The notes beneath the pieces were generated by a model that ran no database searches, was not told the origin of the DNA, and was given only the letters and a program-made list of their open reading frames with translations. The position numbers and the translations under genes are program-made. From assembly GCF_006345805.1 (NCBI RefSeq), contig NC_043000.1:135098001-135162000 (forward strand): DNA of 64,000 nucleotides, written 5' to 3'. The first letter of the stretch is position 1. Every line of letters begins with the position of its first letter. Source of the DNA: Octopus sinensis. Taxonomy: Eukaryota. Positions 1 to 10,765 of this stretch are shown piece after piece.

Positions 1-470
1 CATTTAATTCACTCAATTTCTTGGATTTTATTTACTAAATACAAATATCGGTCCGTTTCTATAAATTTTCTATCAGATTGTAATCTGAAGAGTTCTCTGA
101 TCAACGCACATCTCCAGCTTCTTTGGTTTTTATGAACGATTGGAGTATGCTTCAAATCCTTTTGGCCCTAAAAACTCCACAACTAGTAAAAATGGCTCTG
201 TAAGGTATCATGGCTTGACCCTTAATTTGATGAATTAGATCACCCCGTTTCAATACACGTAGTGTCAAATGATAAGCTTATCAACGTCATGCTTAACCAT
301 TGGATCCAGGTACTCTGGATAAAATTCTCTTTTCCGACATTGAACGAACACTCAAGGTTCAGAGCCGAGCAAATTAAATTTGGCAACGTGTCGTAATTAT
401 GCTCGAGACAGTTAGATACACAGTTAGATACCAAGCGATATATATATTGAAAGTTGAACATTTTTTAAAA
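1..470 (-). mobile_element. Possible Penelope-like element reverse-transcriptase remnant (decayed)
   Basis: The minus strand reads ...IHQIKGQAM..., resembling the PLE RT 'Y-x-Q-x-x-G-x-AMG' motif. Surrounding frames contain stops. Recognised by eye only. Confidence 0.4.
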
Positions 471-908
471 ATACGAAATCTGTCATAATCAAATATGAAT
501 CGAAATATGGCATCGAAGTTAATAACCCATTTCTTTCAATTTTTCTAGTTTTTTTTTTTTTTTTTGTCATTCTTGTTTAGATTCATCGTTTGATTCTTAT
601 AAATAGCTTCCATTTTCTTTGTTTTTGTTTTCTATAAATTTTTTCAAATGTAAAACATTTATATTGTAATAATGATATCTTGATTGTTGGCTTCACTAGC
701 AGGAATTTATGTTATCAATAGATCCATTGGTAGAGAATCGTTACTACTTTGGGACAAAAATTAAAGATGGACCGATCAGGTATTGTTATTATACTTGATT
801 TGAAGCAATTTTTATAAATATGCATATATGTATGTATCTGTATATATATACATACATACATATATATGTATGTATGTATGTATGTATATATATATATATA
901 TATATATA

Positions 909-1201
909 TGGCGGGGTAGGGCAGCGGACTCGCGGTCGTAGGATCGCGGTTTCGATTCCCAGACTGGGAGTTGTGAGTGTTTATTGAGCGAAAACACCTA
1001 AAGCTCAACGATGCTCCGGCAGGGGCTGGTGGCGATCCCTGCTGTACTCTTTCACCACGACTTTCTCTCACTCTTTCTTCTGTTGGCCTGCTCGCTTAGC
1101 TAGCGGGGTGGCGTTATTTGAAGGCTAAAACAATGCGAAGCGCATTGTGACCAGCGATGTGTAGCAACATCTGATAGCCTGGTCGGTCACGGTGATCACG
1201 G

Positions 1202-1205
<4 letters not shown>
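909..1205 (+). mobile_element. tRNA-derived SINE, family B (5'-clipped)
   Basis: Head gggcagcggactcgcggtcgtaggatcgcggtttcgattcccagac and body gtttattgagcgaaaacaccta are shared with copies at 14403-14790, 19061-19375 and 19566-19880. Flanked by (TA)n. Confidence 0.8.
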
Positions 1206-1262
<57 letters not shown>

Positions 1263-1376
1263 TGAGTGTATTTTTACCTTGTTAACAATTAACACGGAAA
1301 AATAAATAAATAGTTACCAGGGCAGCAAAAATCTCACAAGTAAAGATGTTGTAACTCCTTGTTTATAAAGGTTGAA

Positions 1377-1462
1377 ACTATCCCGAAGAGAAGATTGCAT
1401 TGTTTATACCATTTATTCTTTTGAATAGTATCAGTGGAATTTTCGAAACATGTGTCGAAAGT
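1377..1462 (+). ncRNA. Degenerate minimal hammerhead ribozyme motif
   Basis: actatc-CCGAAGA-gaagattgca...tggaattttc-GAAAC-atgt-GTC-gaaagt. Stem I pairs 5/6 and stem II 9/10; the core has U4>C. Confidence 0.5.
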
Positions 1463-1497
1463 AAAAATACTTGTTTAAACCTGCGTTAACTCCATTT

Positions 1498-1535
<38 letters not shown>

Positions 1536-1855
1536 CAGCTAGATGAGTAGAGAGAGAAAGGGATAGAGATACACATGTATATACACATACGTTCGTACGT
1601 ATATACATGCGTGTGGTGGGGGGTACAAATAGAGCGAGTTATAGATAGCTATATTAGATAGATTGAATGTCCCGAGTTAACCTTAAATAATAATGAGAAA
1701 TGATCAATTCCTTGACCACTTCATCCCTTTCTTGGTCATTGCATGTCTGAAAATGCATTATCCGAAGTGTCACACTTTATCAAGACGGTAGGCTACAATT
1801 TGAATTCGAAGTATTTATGTTTACTATTTTTAGCCAGTTCTATGTCCGTGTAGAG

Positions 1856-2418
1856 CAGTGTTGCTTAAACCTTTTTTTTTTGTTTTTGTATCATCCAACC
1901 CCTCTTTTATGTATTTTGTTATGCCTAGCTCCCACGAGTGAGGTATCACGACTAAACTAACTTAACATGGATAAGAATTAAGTTTTACTCATGAGATCTC
2001 ATTTTATTTTAATAACCATTATTAGTTTTATCATGCATAATATAATTATGTTGTATTTCGGAATGGTCATTTTGCCAGTTTAGCCAATAAAAACACATGC
2101 ACTATATATTTGGTGTTATTTTGCTTCAGTGTTATTTATTTTTTACATTAATCTTAATATTATTTCGGCCAGAGTTCTTTCGTCACACTCCTGTGACCGC
2201 TAAACTGGCAATATGACCATTCCGAAATATAACAATATCTGTTTCAACACACGGCTTCACATAAAAATTCTTGCACAACAAATATTTAAACGTACTAATA
2301 TAATTACTGTTATAGATAAAATTTAACATGTTAATTATGTTACCTCACCGCCCCTTCACCGTTCCTTAAAGCCAAAGCCAAAGGCCCCCTTCGGCACCGC
2401 TCACGTTGAGAAACTCTG
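1856..2418. mobile_element. hAT (Charlie-type) non-autonomous DNA transposon
   Basis: Ends cagtgttgcttaaac / gttgagaaactctg form an imperfect TIR. 8-bp TSD gtgtagag (1848-1855) / ttgtagag (2419-2426) fits the nTnTAGAn Charlie-type target. Confidence 0.65.
2049..2234. mobile_element. MITE nested in the hAT element
   Basis: ~36-bp terminal inverted repeats tgttgtatttcggaatggtcattttgccagtttagc / gctaaactggcaatatgaccattccgaaatataaca. Confidence 0.75.
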
Positions 2419-3239
2419 TTGTAGAGTTTCTAACGTTGTGAATTTCTTGTTATTGTTAAGCACCTGATCAACCGTATTTAAATAGCTGTATGGTTAAATG
2501 CCTATGAAAGGTATCTTGTGTGTCTTTTCCCTTTCTGAGTCGAAATTTGGCTGTTACGTCAACTAGGTCGAACTGGGTTGTAAGAATAAATTGGCCAGGT
2601 TCAATTTCGCTCTTAATACGTTTTCCCAACGGAATTGGAAGTGAAACAGCAACTAGCGGGAACTGAAACTGGTTTGTAGACACATACATGTATGTTTAGA
2701 TAAATAAATAGTTAAATAATTAAATAAATAAATGCCAAATAATTCTCAGTATGACGTTATGTCGGGTGCAATTGTGGGTATGTAACAATGACGGGCAAAC
2801 ACTTTTTTTTTTTTTTTAAATCATTTTTTTAGAAGACAAACAGAAAAAGGGGAAATCAACAGGCAGTAGAAGTCACATATGTCAGGCACATGGGACACCC
2901 TTAACGATAAAGTGGGTTGGGGTAGTTTGCAAACTGGAAAGGTAGCTATGTGGAGCGTGGGAGTTGGTAGGGAAGTGAGATCACCGTTCTTAGCAGCAGT
3001 GGTGTCTGTTATCGCAGATAAAGATCATCGTTAAACATATCCCCTGCTCAGATTTTTTTTTGTTTTGTTTCGTTTATTTTTAATCTTTCTTTTACATCAC
3101 ACTTTCCTTCTCCAGCCACGTCATCATAATGATCATCATAATGATTACTGCCAACATTTACTGTCCTTTCCTTTCCTTCTTCTTCTTCTTCTTCTTCTCT
3201 TCTTCTTCCTTCTTCTTCTTCTTCTTCTTCTCTTCTTCC

Positions 3240-3339
3240 NNNNNNNNNNNNNNNNNNNNNNNNNNNNNNNNNNNNNNNNNNNNNNNNNNNNNNNNNNNNN
3301 NNNNNNNNNNNNNNNNNNNNNNNNNNNNNNNNNNNNNNN
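3240..3339. other. Assembly gap (100 N)
   Basis: Run of 100 N between a (TTC)n tract and a (TA)n tract. Confidence 0.99.
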
Positions 3340-3431
3340 AATATGATATATATATATATACGGTGTAAACCACATAAATGTGAAACAAGGTGGAAAAAAG
3401 AGTACTCAAATACCAGTAGTAGAGTAACATG

Positions 3432-3541
3432 CTTTATTCAAAAGCAGCAGAAATTCAACAAAACCTGTTACTCTGAGTTTCACGTTCCGTTCGTCGGAAA
3501 GTAACAGGTTTTGTTGAATTTTCTGCTGCTTTTGAATAAAG
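3432..3541 (-). mobile_element. Fold-back element (~41-bp inverted arms) carrying a hammerhead-like motif
   Basis: Arms at 3432-3472 and 3500-3541. The minus strand reads CCGACGA-acg-gaa-cgt-GAAAC-tcaga-GTA-acagg. Confidence 0.6.
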
Positions 3542-3579
<38 letters not shown>

Positions 3580-3731
3580 TATAATTACGTATATAGTATA
3601 TATATATTATATACATATATATTATATATATATTATATTATATATATATTATATGTGTGGTGTGTGTGTGTGGTGTGTGTGTGTGTGTGTGGTGTGTGGT
3701 GTGTGTGTGTGTGTGTGTTTCTGTGCGCGAA

Positions 3732-4067
3732 GGCGCATGGCTCAGTTGTTAGAGCGTCGAGATTACGATCGTGAGGTTGTGAGTTCAATTCCTGGACCGG
3801 GCTGCGTGTTGTGTTCTTGAGCAAGACACTTTATTTCACATTACTCCAGTTCACTCAGCTGTAGAAATGAGTTGCGACGTCACAGGTGCCAAGCTGTATC
3901 GGCAGTTGCCTTTCTCTTGGATAACACTGGTGGCGTGGAGAGGGGAGGCCAGTATGCATGGGCGACTGCTGGTCTTCCATAAAATAAGCTTGCTCGGACT
4001 TGTGCCTGGGGGGGGGGGTAACTTTCTAGGTGCAATCCCATGGTCAATCATGATCGAAGTGGGTCTC
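3732..4067 (+). mobile_element. tRNA-derived SINE, family D
   Basis: A box (tggctcagttgttag) and B box (gagttcaattcc), then the gttgtgttcttgagcaagacacttt core shared with 26314-26561 and 63770-64000. Confidence 0.8.
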
Positions 4068-4097
4068 AGAATCAGAGATGTGTGTGTGAGGTACTGA

Positions 4098-4440
4098 ATG
4101 ACCAAAAATGGCTTTACCACACTGTTGGAACACAGACAAGTGAACGAACCAGTGGACTTCATTGCCGCCTCACCTATAACTAGCGAGGCAGTTACAATGG
4201 AATACATTGATATTAGCGAAGAAGATATACTACTAGCCATAGATGAAGTGGTCGCAAACACAACTGCTGGTCCTGGTGGTTTCCCAGCAATCCTCCGCAA
4301 ATCGTGTAAGCGTGCCCTGGCAAAACCTCTCCAGATTCTCTTCCAGAGCTTTCGTGCAAATAGCAGACTGCCAAGCAAGCTGAAGGAGGGAATAATATGC
4401 CCGATCCATAAAGAGGGAACCAGGGCAGACGCCAAAACAT
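4098..4440 (+). mobile_element. LINE (CR1/L2 group) ORF2 fragment, N-terminal RT region
   Basis: The ORF reads ...TTAGPGGFPAILRKSCKRALAKPLQILFQSFRANSRLPSKLKEGIICPIHKEGTRADAK, matching the non-LTR pattern 'GPDG..LK....LA.PL..LF..S...G..P..WK...I.PIHK.G' that precedes NYRP. Truncated at both ends. Confidence 0.85.
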
Positions 4441-5170
4441 TTTTCTAATGTAATAATTGTTTGTATTTCATATATATATTAGATACCCTAAATTATAATT
4501 GTAATACTAATTATTACCTTTGAAGGTTTCTATTCCCATGCTGGTCACTTGATAAGATCGATATTTAAATTAACGATCTTATCCTTATTCATATAAATTT
4601 ATATATAATATAATATATATATATTATATATATATATTATATATTATATATAGTACAAATATATAATCCAGAAACTGAAACAATATTGATAAATACTTAA
4701 GTAATTTTTAATTCAATAGATTAGTGTCAATAAATACGTTATGCTTGTGAACATCTGAACTGGTAGCTCAAATGTTCATTTCGATTACTACACGTTAATG
4801 CAACTAATTTTTCACTATACCACATCCGACATTTTATTGTAGTTCTTCATACACCCAATGTGAAAAGCACTGATTTTATTTTTATGTAGCCTAGAGCTAA
4901 TTCAGCTATTTCTCTATAGACAGAAAAAAAATGAGGAACATCCTTAATCGATTTTCGAATCTTATTAGATTCTTATCAAAGGCACCCCAATCAACTTGAC
5001 CAATCCCAGGGAATTAATCTACCAGTCCCTTTATACCCTCAAACAATCTCAGTAACTACAGAAAACTGGAGCTACTAATTTGCATAACATATAAATGTTT
5101 AACACTTTATTTAATATCCGGACTTTTCAAAGTGGATCTCAATCCACACAGTATCAAGATATAATGTAAT

Positions 5171-5547
5171 ACTAGCAGTATCGCCCGGTGTTGCTCGGGT
5201 TTGTAAGGGAAATAACTATAAAGCATTTTTAGAGAGTTATAGCCAAAAAAATAGCAAAAAAATTATGGTAAATTTTTTTTGAGAGTTAAAAAGGTCGAGT
5301 TGCGTCCCCTAGACAGTCTGTGGTTTGTGTTTCTGATTCTCGACCCCATGTCGAATTTATCGATTTTTTTTTAGAACTGGAGGAACTTTTCAAAATTTTC
5401 GCTGCGTTAGTTTTGAATTATGACATTGGGCTATGTGTGTGTCAAGTTTCATCAGAATCGGTTGAAAGCCGTGGTCAGGGTGAGGGTACAACCAAACAGA
5501 CACACAGAAACACACACGGACAAACTGCCGTTTATATATAGAGAGAT
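5171..5547 (+). mobile_element. Non-autonomous Helitron/Helentron-like element
   Basis: Starts actagcagtatcgcccggtgttgctcggg (subterminal hairpin). The 3' part is caagtttcatcagaatcggttgaaagccg plus an (ACAC/ACAG) tract and tttatatatagagagat. No TSD of its own. Confidence 0.6.
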
Positions 5548-6030
5548 AAGGCGGCGAGCTGGCAGAAACGTTAGCACACTGGGCGAAATGCTTAGCGGTA
5601 TTGCGTCTGTCGTTGCGTTCTGTGTTCAAATTCCGCCGAGGTCGACTTTGCCTTTCATCCTTTCGGGGTCGATAAATGAAGTACCAGTTACGCACTGGGG
5701 TCGATGTAATCGACTTAATGCGTTTGTCTGTCCTTGTTTGTCCCCTCTATGTTTAGCCCCTTGTGGGCAGTGAAGAAATATATAATGTAATATAAGGCGG
5801 CGAACTGGCAGAAACGTTAGCACACCGGGCGAAATGCTTAGCGGTATTGCGTCTGTCGTTGCGTTCTGTGTTCAAATTCCGCCGAGGTCGACTTTGCCTT
5901 TCATCCTTTCGGGGTCAATAAATGAAGTACCAGTTACGAACTGGGGACGATGTAATCGACTTAATCCGTTTGTCTGCCCTTGTTTGTCCCCTCTATGTTT
6001 AGCCCCTTGTGGGCAATAAAGAAACAGATA
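5548..6030 (+). mobile_element. Two tandem SINE family C copies (5548-5781, 5794-6030)
   Basis: Head aaggcggcgagctggcagaaacgttagcac, B box gttcaaattcc, tail gccccttgtggg...aagaaa. The spacer atataatgtaata recurs at 5159, 5779 and 6028. Confidence 0.9.
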
Positions 6031-6302
6031 TAATGTAATATATGCAATCTATATTGTGAATTTATAAACAGGGTTTATTAAGCTATTTTCCTATCGAATG
6101 AAAGATTGACAAACAACCTTAATCGATTTTCTCATCAGAGGCATCTATCAATCCCTAAGAAACAAACAGCCAATCTGCTTGCATACTCAACAATTTCATT
6201 TCCTTTTACTATTCACTGCTATTCTGAGCCATCTATTGGAGCAGATTCACCAGTTCTGTTATAGATATCATCTACTTGAAAAACAAGACTAATGTTAACA
6301 TT

Positions 6303-6700
6303 AACATGGCTGTGTGGTATGTAGCTTGTTTACGAACCACATGGTTCCGGGTTCAGTCCCACTGCGTGACACCTTGGGCAAGTGTCGTCTACTATAGCCT
6401 CGGGCCGGCCAAAGCCTTGTTAGTGGATTTGATAGACGGAAACTGAAAGAAGCCTGTCGTATATATGTGTATATATTATGTATGTGTGTGTATATGTATG
6501 TGTGTCTATTTGTCCTCCCAACATCGCTGGACAACCGATGGTGGTGTGTTTACGTCCCCGTAACTTAGTGGTTCGGTAAAAGAAACCGATAGAATAAGTA
6601 CTAGGCTTACAAAGAATAAGTCCTGGGGTCGATGTGCTCGACTAAAGGCGGTGCTCCAGCATGGCCGCAGTCAAATGACTGAAACAAGTAAAAGAGTAGT
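6303..6700 (+). mobile_element. tRNA-derived SINE, family A
   Basis: ggctgtgtggt...ggttcagtcccactgcgtg head, internal (TA)/(TG) microsatellite and tail ggcggtgctccagcatggccgcagtcaaatgactgaaacaagtaaaagag. Confidence 0.9.
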
Positions 6701-6806
6701 ATTAATGAGAACATTGAGTAGGAAAACATTTGCTCATGAGATCGCAATAAGAGCACAAGTATGGAGCCATCTTCCATGCTTAATAAAGTAATTAAGATAA
6801 TAGTAG

Positions 6807-6973
6807 GAGTGGCTGTGTGGTAAGTATTTTGCTTACCAACCACATGGTTCTGGGTTCAGTCCCATTACTGGCACCTTGGACAAATGTCTTCTACTATAGC
6901 CTCGGGTCGAACAAAGCCTTGTGAGTGGATTTGATAGACGGAAACTGAAAGAAGCCTGTCGTATATATGTATG

Positions 6974-7028
<55 letters not shown>

Positions 7029-7266
7029 GTGTGTGTGTATGTTTGTGTATCTGTGTTTGTCCCTCCAACATCGCTTGACAACCGATGCTGGTTTGTTTAC
7101 ATTCCCGCAACTTAGCGGTTCGACAAAACCGCTAAGTAGAATAAGTACAAGGCTTACAAAGAATAAGTCCTGGGGGTCGATTTGCTCGACTGAAGGCGGT
7201 GCTCGAGCATGGCCACAGTCAAGTCAAATGACTGAAACAAGTAAAAGAGTAAAAGAGTAGAGAGTA
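6807..7266 (+). mobile_element. SINE family A
   Basis: Same head, internal microsatellite and tail as 6303-6700. Confidence 0.9.
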
Positions 7267-7718
7267 AATATTTGTCGATGGCTATTGTTTTCACATTAAT
7301 TACTTCATAATCCATTCTAGTTTAAGTTTACGTAATGTTTCCTACATTAAACGTGTTAACATTAAATTAACTATTTAAATTTCGACTCCTGATGTGAGAG
7401 TGTGATGAAGGATGTTTTGAGGTTGTGACAGCATTTCCTATTGCTCTTGTTCGTTATTTCCTACAAACCAAGAAGTTAAATTGGAGCGTAACCCTCAAGA
7501 ATCTTCCGTTTGTGTGTGTGCGCACGCACATGTGTGGGTGCGAGGGTGCGTACGTGTGTATGAGGGGTGCGTTTCTCTGCCTGAACATACAGGCGGGGTT
7601 TGTGTGTGTTCGTGTGTGTGTGTGTACGCACACACAAACGCAAACATACGTATAAATTCATATATACATATATGTACATCTATGTATATATACATATGTA
7701 TATTCATATAAACGTACG

Positions 7719-7757
<39 letters not shown>

Positions 7758-8097
7758 GTGTGTGTGTGTGCGTGTGTATAAACATATATATATGCGCACT
7801 CATATACATATATGTGCGTGTGTGTGGGTGTGCATGTGCACGTGTATATGTTTATGCATATATCCGCATATGAACGAGAAACTGTGTAAACAAATAAGAA
7901 TAAAAAGAAACGGGTGAGAACCAGGTGAGCATTGCAACCTGACCGTTTCAAAATGGCCGTGTGTACATACGTTCTTAATTAATTTTATATACATATATAC
8001 ATACACAAACATATACGCTCAAACACGCGCGCACACACACACACACACATGCACGCACAGGTATAAGTATATTTTCGACGGGTTTCTTTCAGATACC

Positions 8098-8328
8098 TAT
8101 TTCTTTACTACCCACAAGGGGCTAAACATAGAGGGGACAAACAAGGACAGACATAGGTATTTAGTCGGTTACATCGACCCCAGTGCGTAACTGGTACTTC
8201 ATTTATCGACCCCGAAAGGATGAAAGGCAAAGTCGACCTCGGCGGAATTTGAACTCAGAACGTAACGGCAGACGGAATACGGCTAGGCACTTCGCCCGGC
8301 GTGCTAACGTTTCTGCCAGCTCGCCGCC
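8098..8328 (-). mobile_element. SINE family C with TSD
   Basis: Full head-to-tail copy flanked by tttcagatacc (8087-8097, 8329-8339). Appears inserted into a family A fragment. Confidence 0.9.
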
Positions 8329-8462
8329 TTTCAGATACCGTCTACCAAATCTATACACACGGCTTTGGTCCGCTCGGTGTTATAGTAGAAGACCCAGTGT
8401 CACACAGTGGGATTGATCTCGGGACTATGTAGTTGGGAAGCAACCTCCTTACCACACAGCTG

Positions 8463-8665
8463 CATTTGACTGCGGCCATGCTGGAGCACCGCCTTTTAGT
8501 CGAACAAATCGATCCCAGGACTTATTCTTTCTAAACTTAGTACTTATTTTATCGGTGGCTTTTGCCGAACCGCTAAGTTACAGAGACGTAAACACACCAA
8601 GATCAGTTGTCAAGCGATGGTAGGAGGACAAACGCAAACACACAAATACATACACGCATACATAC

Positions 8666-8709
<44 letters not shown>

Positions 8710-8871
8710 GACACGCTTCTTTCAGTTTTCGTCTACCACATCCACTTACAAGGCTTTGGTCGGCGCGTGGCTATAGTAGGGGACGCTCGCTCAAGGTGCC
8801 ATGCAGTGGGACTGAACCCAGAAACATGTGGTTCGGAAGCAAGCTTCTTACCCCGCAGTCACTCCTGCGCC
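8463..8871 (-). mobile_element. SINE family A
   Basis: Reverse complement of the family A head, internal microsatellite and most of the tail. Confidence 0.85.
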
Positions 8872-8888
8872 TTTAAGGGAATGAAAGA

Positions 8889-9005
8889 CGTTTACAGCAC
8901 CTAGACTTCCCAAGTGGTCACCCATCTAAGTACTAACTAGGCTCGACATTGCTTAAATTCGGCGATCGGACGAGAACCGGTGTTTTCAACGTGATGTTGC
9001 TATCG
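8889..9005 (-). rRNA. 5S rRNA gene copy, diverged (probable pseudogene)
   Basis: The minus strand reads ...atcacgttgaaaacaccggttctcgtccgatcgccgaatttaagcaatgtcgagcctagttagtacttagatgggtgaccacttgggaagtctaggtgctgtaaac, colinear with invertebrate 5S rRNA. It has a degraded 5' end, multiple substitutions and no T4 terminator. Confidence 0.9.
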
Positions 9006-9070
9006 TTTTATATATATATATATATATATAATATATATATATATATATAGATAGATAGATAGATAGATAG

Positions 9071-9122
<52 letters not shown>

Positions 9123-9150
9123 CGGGTGTGTGTGATTGTGTATAGAAGAA

Positions 9151-9454
9151 TATATTAATAAAAGGAATTCCAGCCTTGTCTGATTTTCACGTTTTATTTA
9201 CAATCTATAATGATATAATATAAGATAATATAATAATTTTTGACAGTCAAAAATTGTGAAGCATGACTGTCACCACTACTACATGAACCTGAAGATTGCA
9301 GAATTTAAAGCATGAAAGTACTAGTTCAATCAGAATGAACATTTAACATTCTATTATTTTATTTTATTTTATTATAATATATTATCTTATATTATATCAT
9401 TATAAATTGTAAATAAAACGTGAAAATCGGACAAGGTTGGAATTCCTTTTATTA

Positions 9455-9459
<5 letters not shown>
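9151..9459 (+). mobile_element. ~310-bp element with 54-bp terminal inverted repeats and an internal hammerhead motif
   Basis: Arms 9151-9204 and 9406-9459 differ at 2 positions. Flanked by (GATA)n/(TG)n on the left and (TA)n on the right. Confidence 0.8.
9284..9328 (+). ncRNA. Minimal type I hammerhead ribozyme motif
   Basis: UGAAC-CUGAAGA-uUGC-agaauuuaaa-GCAu-GAA-AGUACU-A-GUUCA. Stem I is a perfect 5 bp, the core is intact, stem III is palindromic and the cleavage triplet is CUA. Stem II is only 3 bp plus U.U. Confidence 0.7.
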
Positions 9460-10230
<771 letters not shown>

Positions 10231-10250
10231 TATATATATATATATATATA

Positions 10251-10283
<33 letters not shown>

Positions 10284-10765
10284 GTATGTATGTATGTATA
10301 TGTGTGTGTGGTGTGTGTTTGTAACTGATTAATTAATTAATTAAGAACGTATGTAAACATTATGAAACGGTCAGATTTCAATGCCCACCTGGCTCTCACT
10401 AACGTCTTTCCTTTTCTTCATGTTTGTTTATATAATTTCTCGTTGGATATGCCTACAAATGTCTGCTTGTTGCCATATATGTACACGCGCGCACACGCAC
10501 ACACACACATTAATTCTCAGCCCTCGCTTTCATTTTTTAAATTCTTCATTGGGTAAAGTATTCTTAGAAATTTCCGGAAAGTTCTGAGCAAAATATACCA
10601 GGCGGTATTTAGTTGCATTTCTCTTCTGTCTCGATTTAACTGCTTAGATCGAATTCTCAAATACCCTCATGTACGTGTGTTTTTAATTTTGTTAATCAGT
10701 CTCTTAGGCTCAATATGATACGCATACAGACAAACACAAACACACACACACACCATGTGCATATT

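Noticed and set aside
4930-5160. CR1 endonuclease remnant, with a similar stretch at ~6070-6260
   Set aside because: Only a weak FPGI..DW-like hint; not enough to call.
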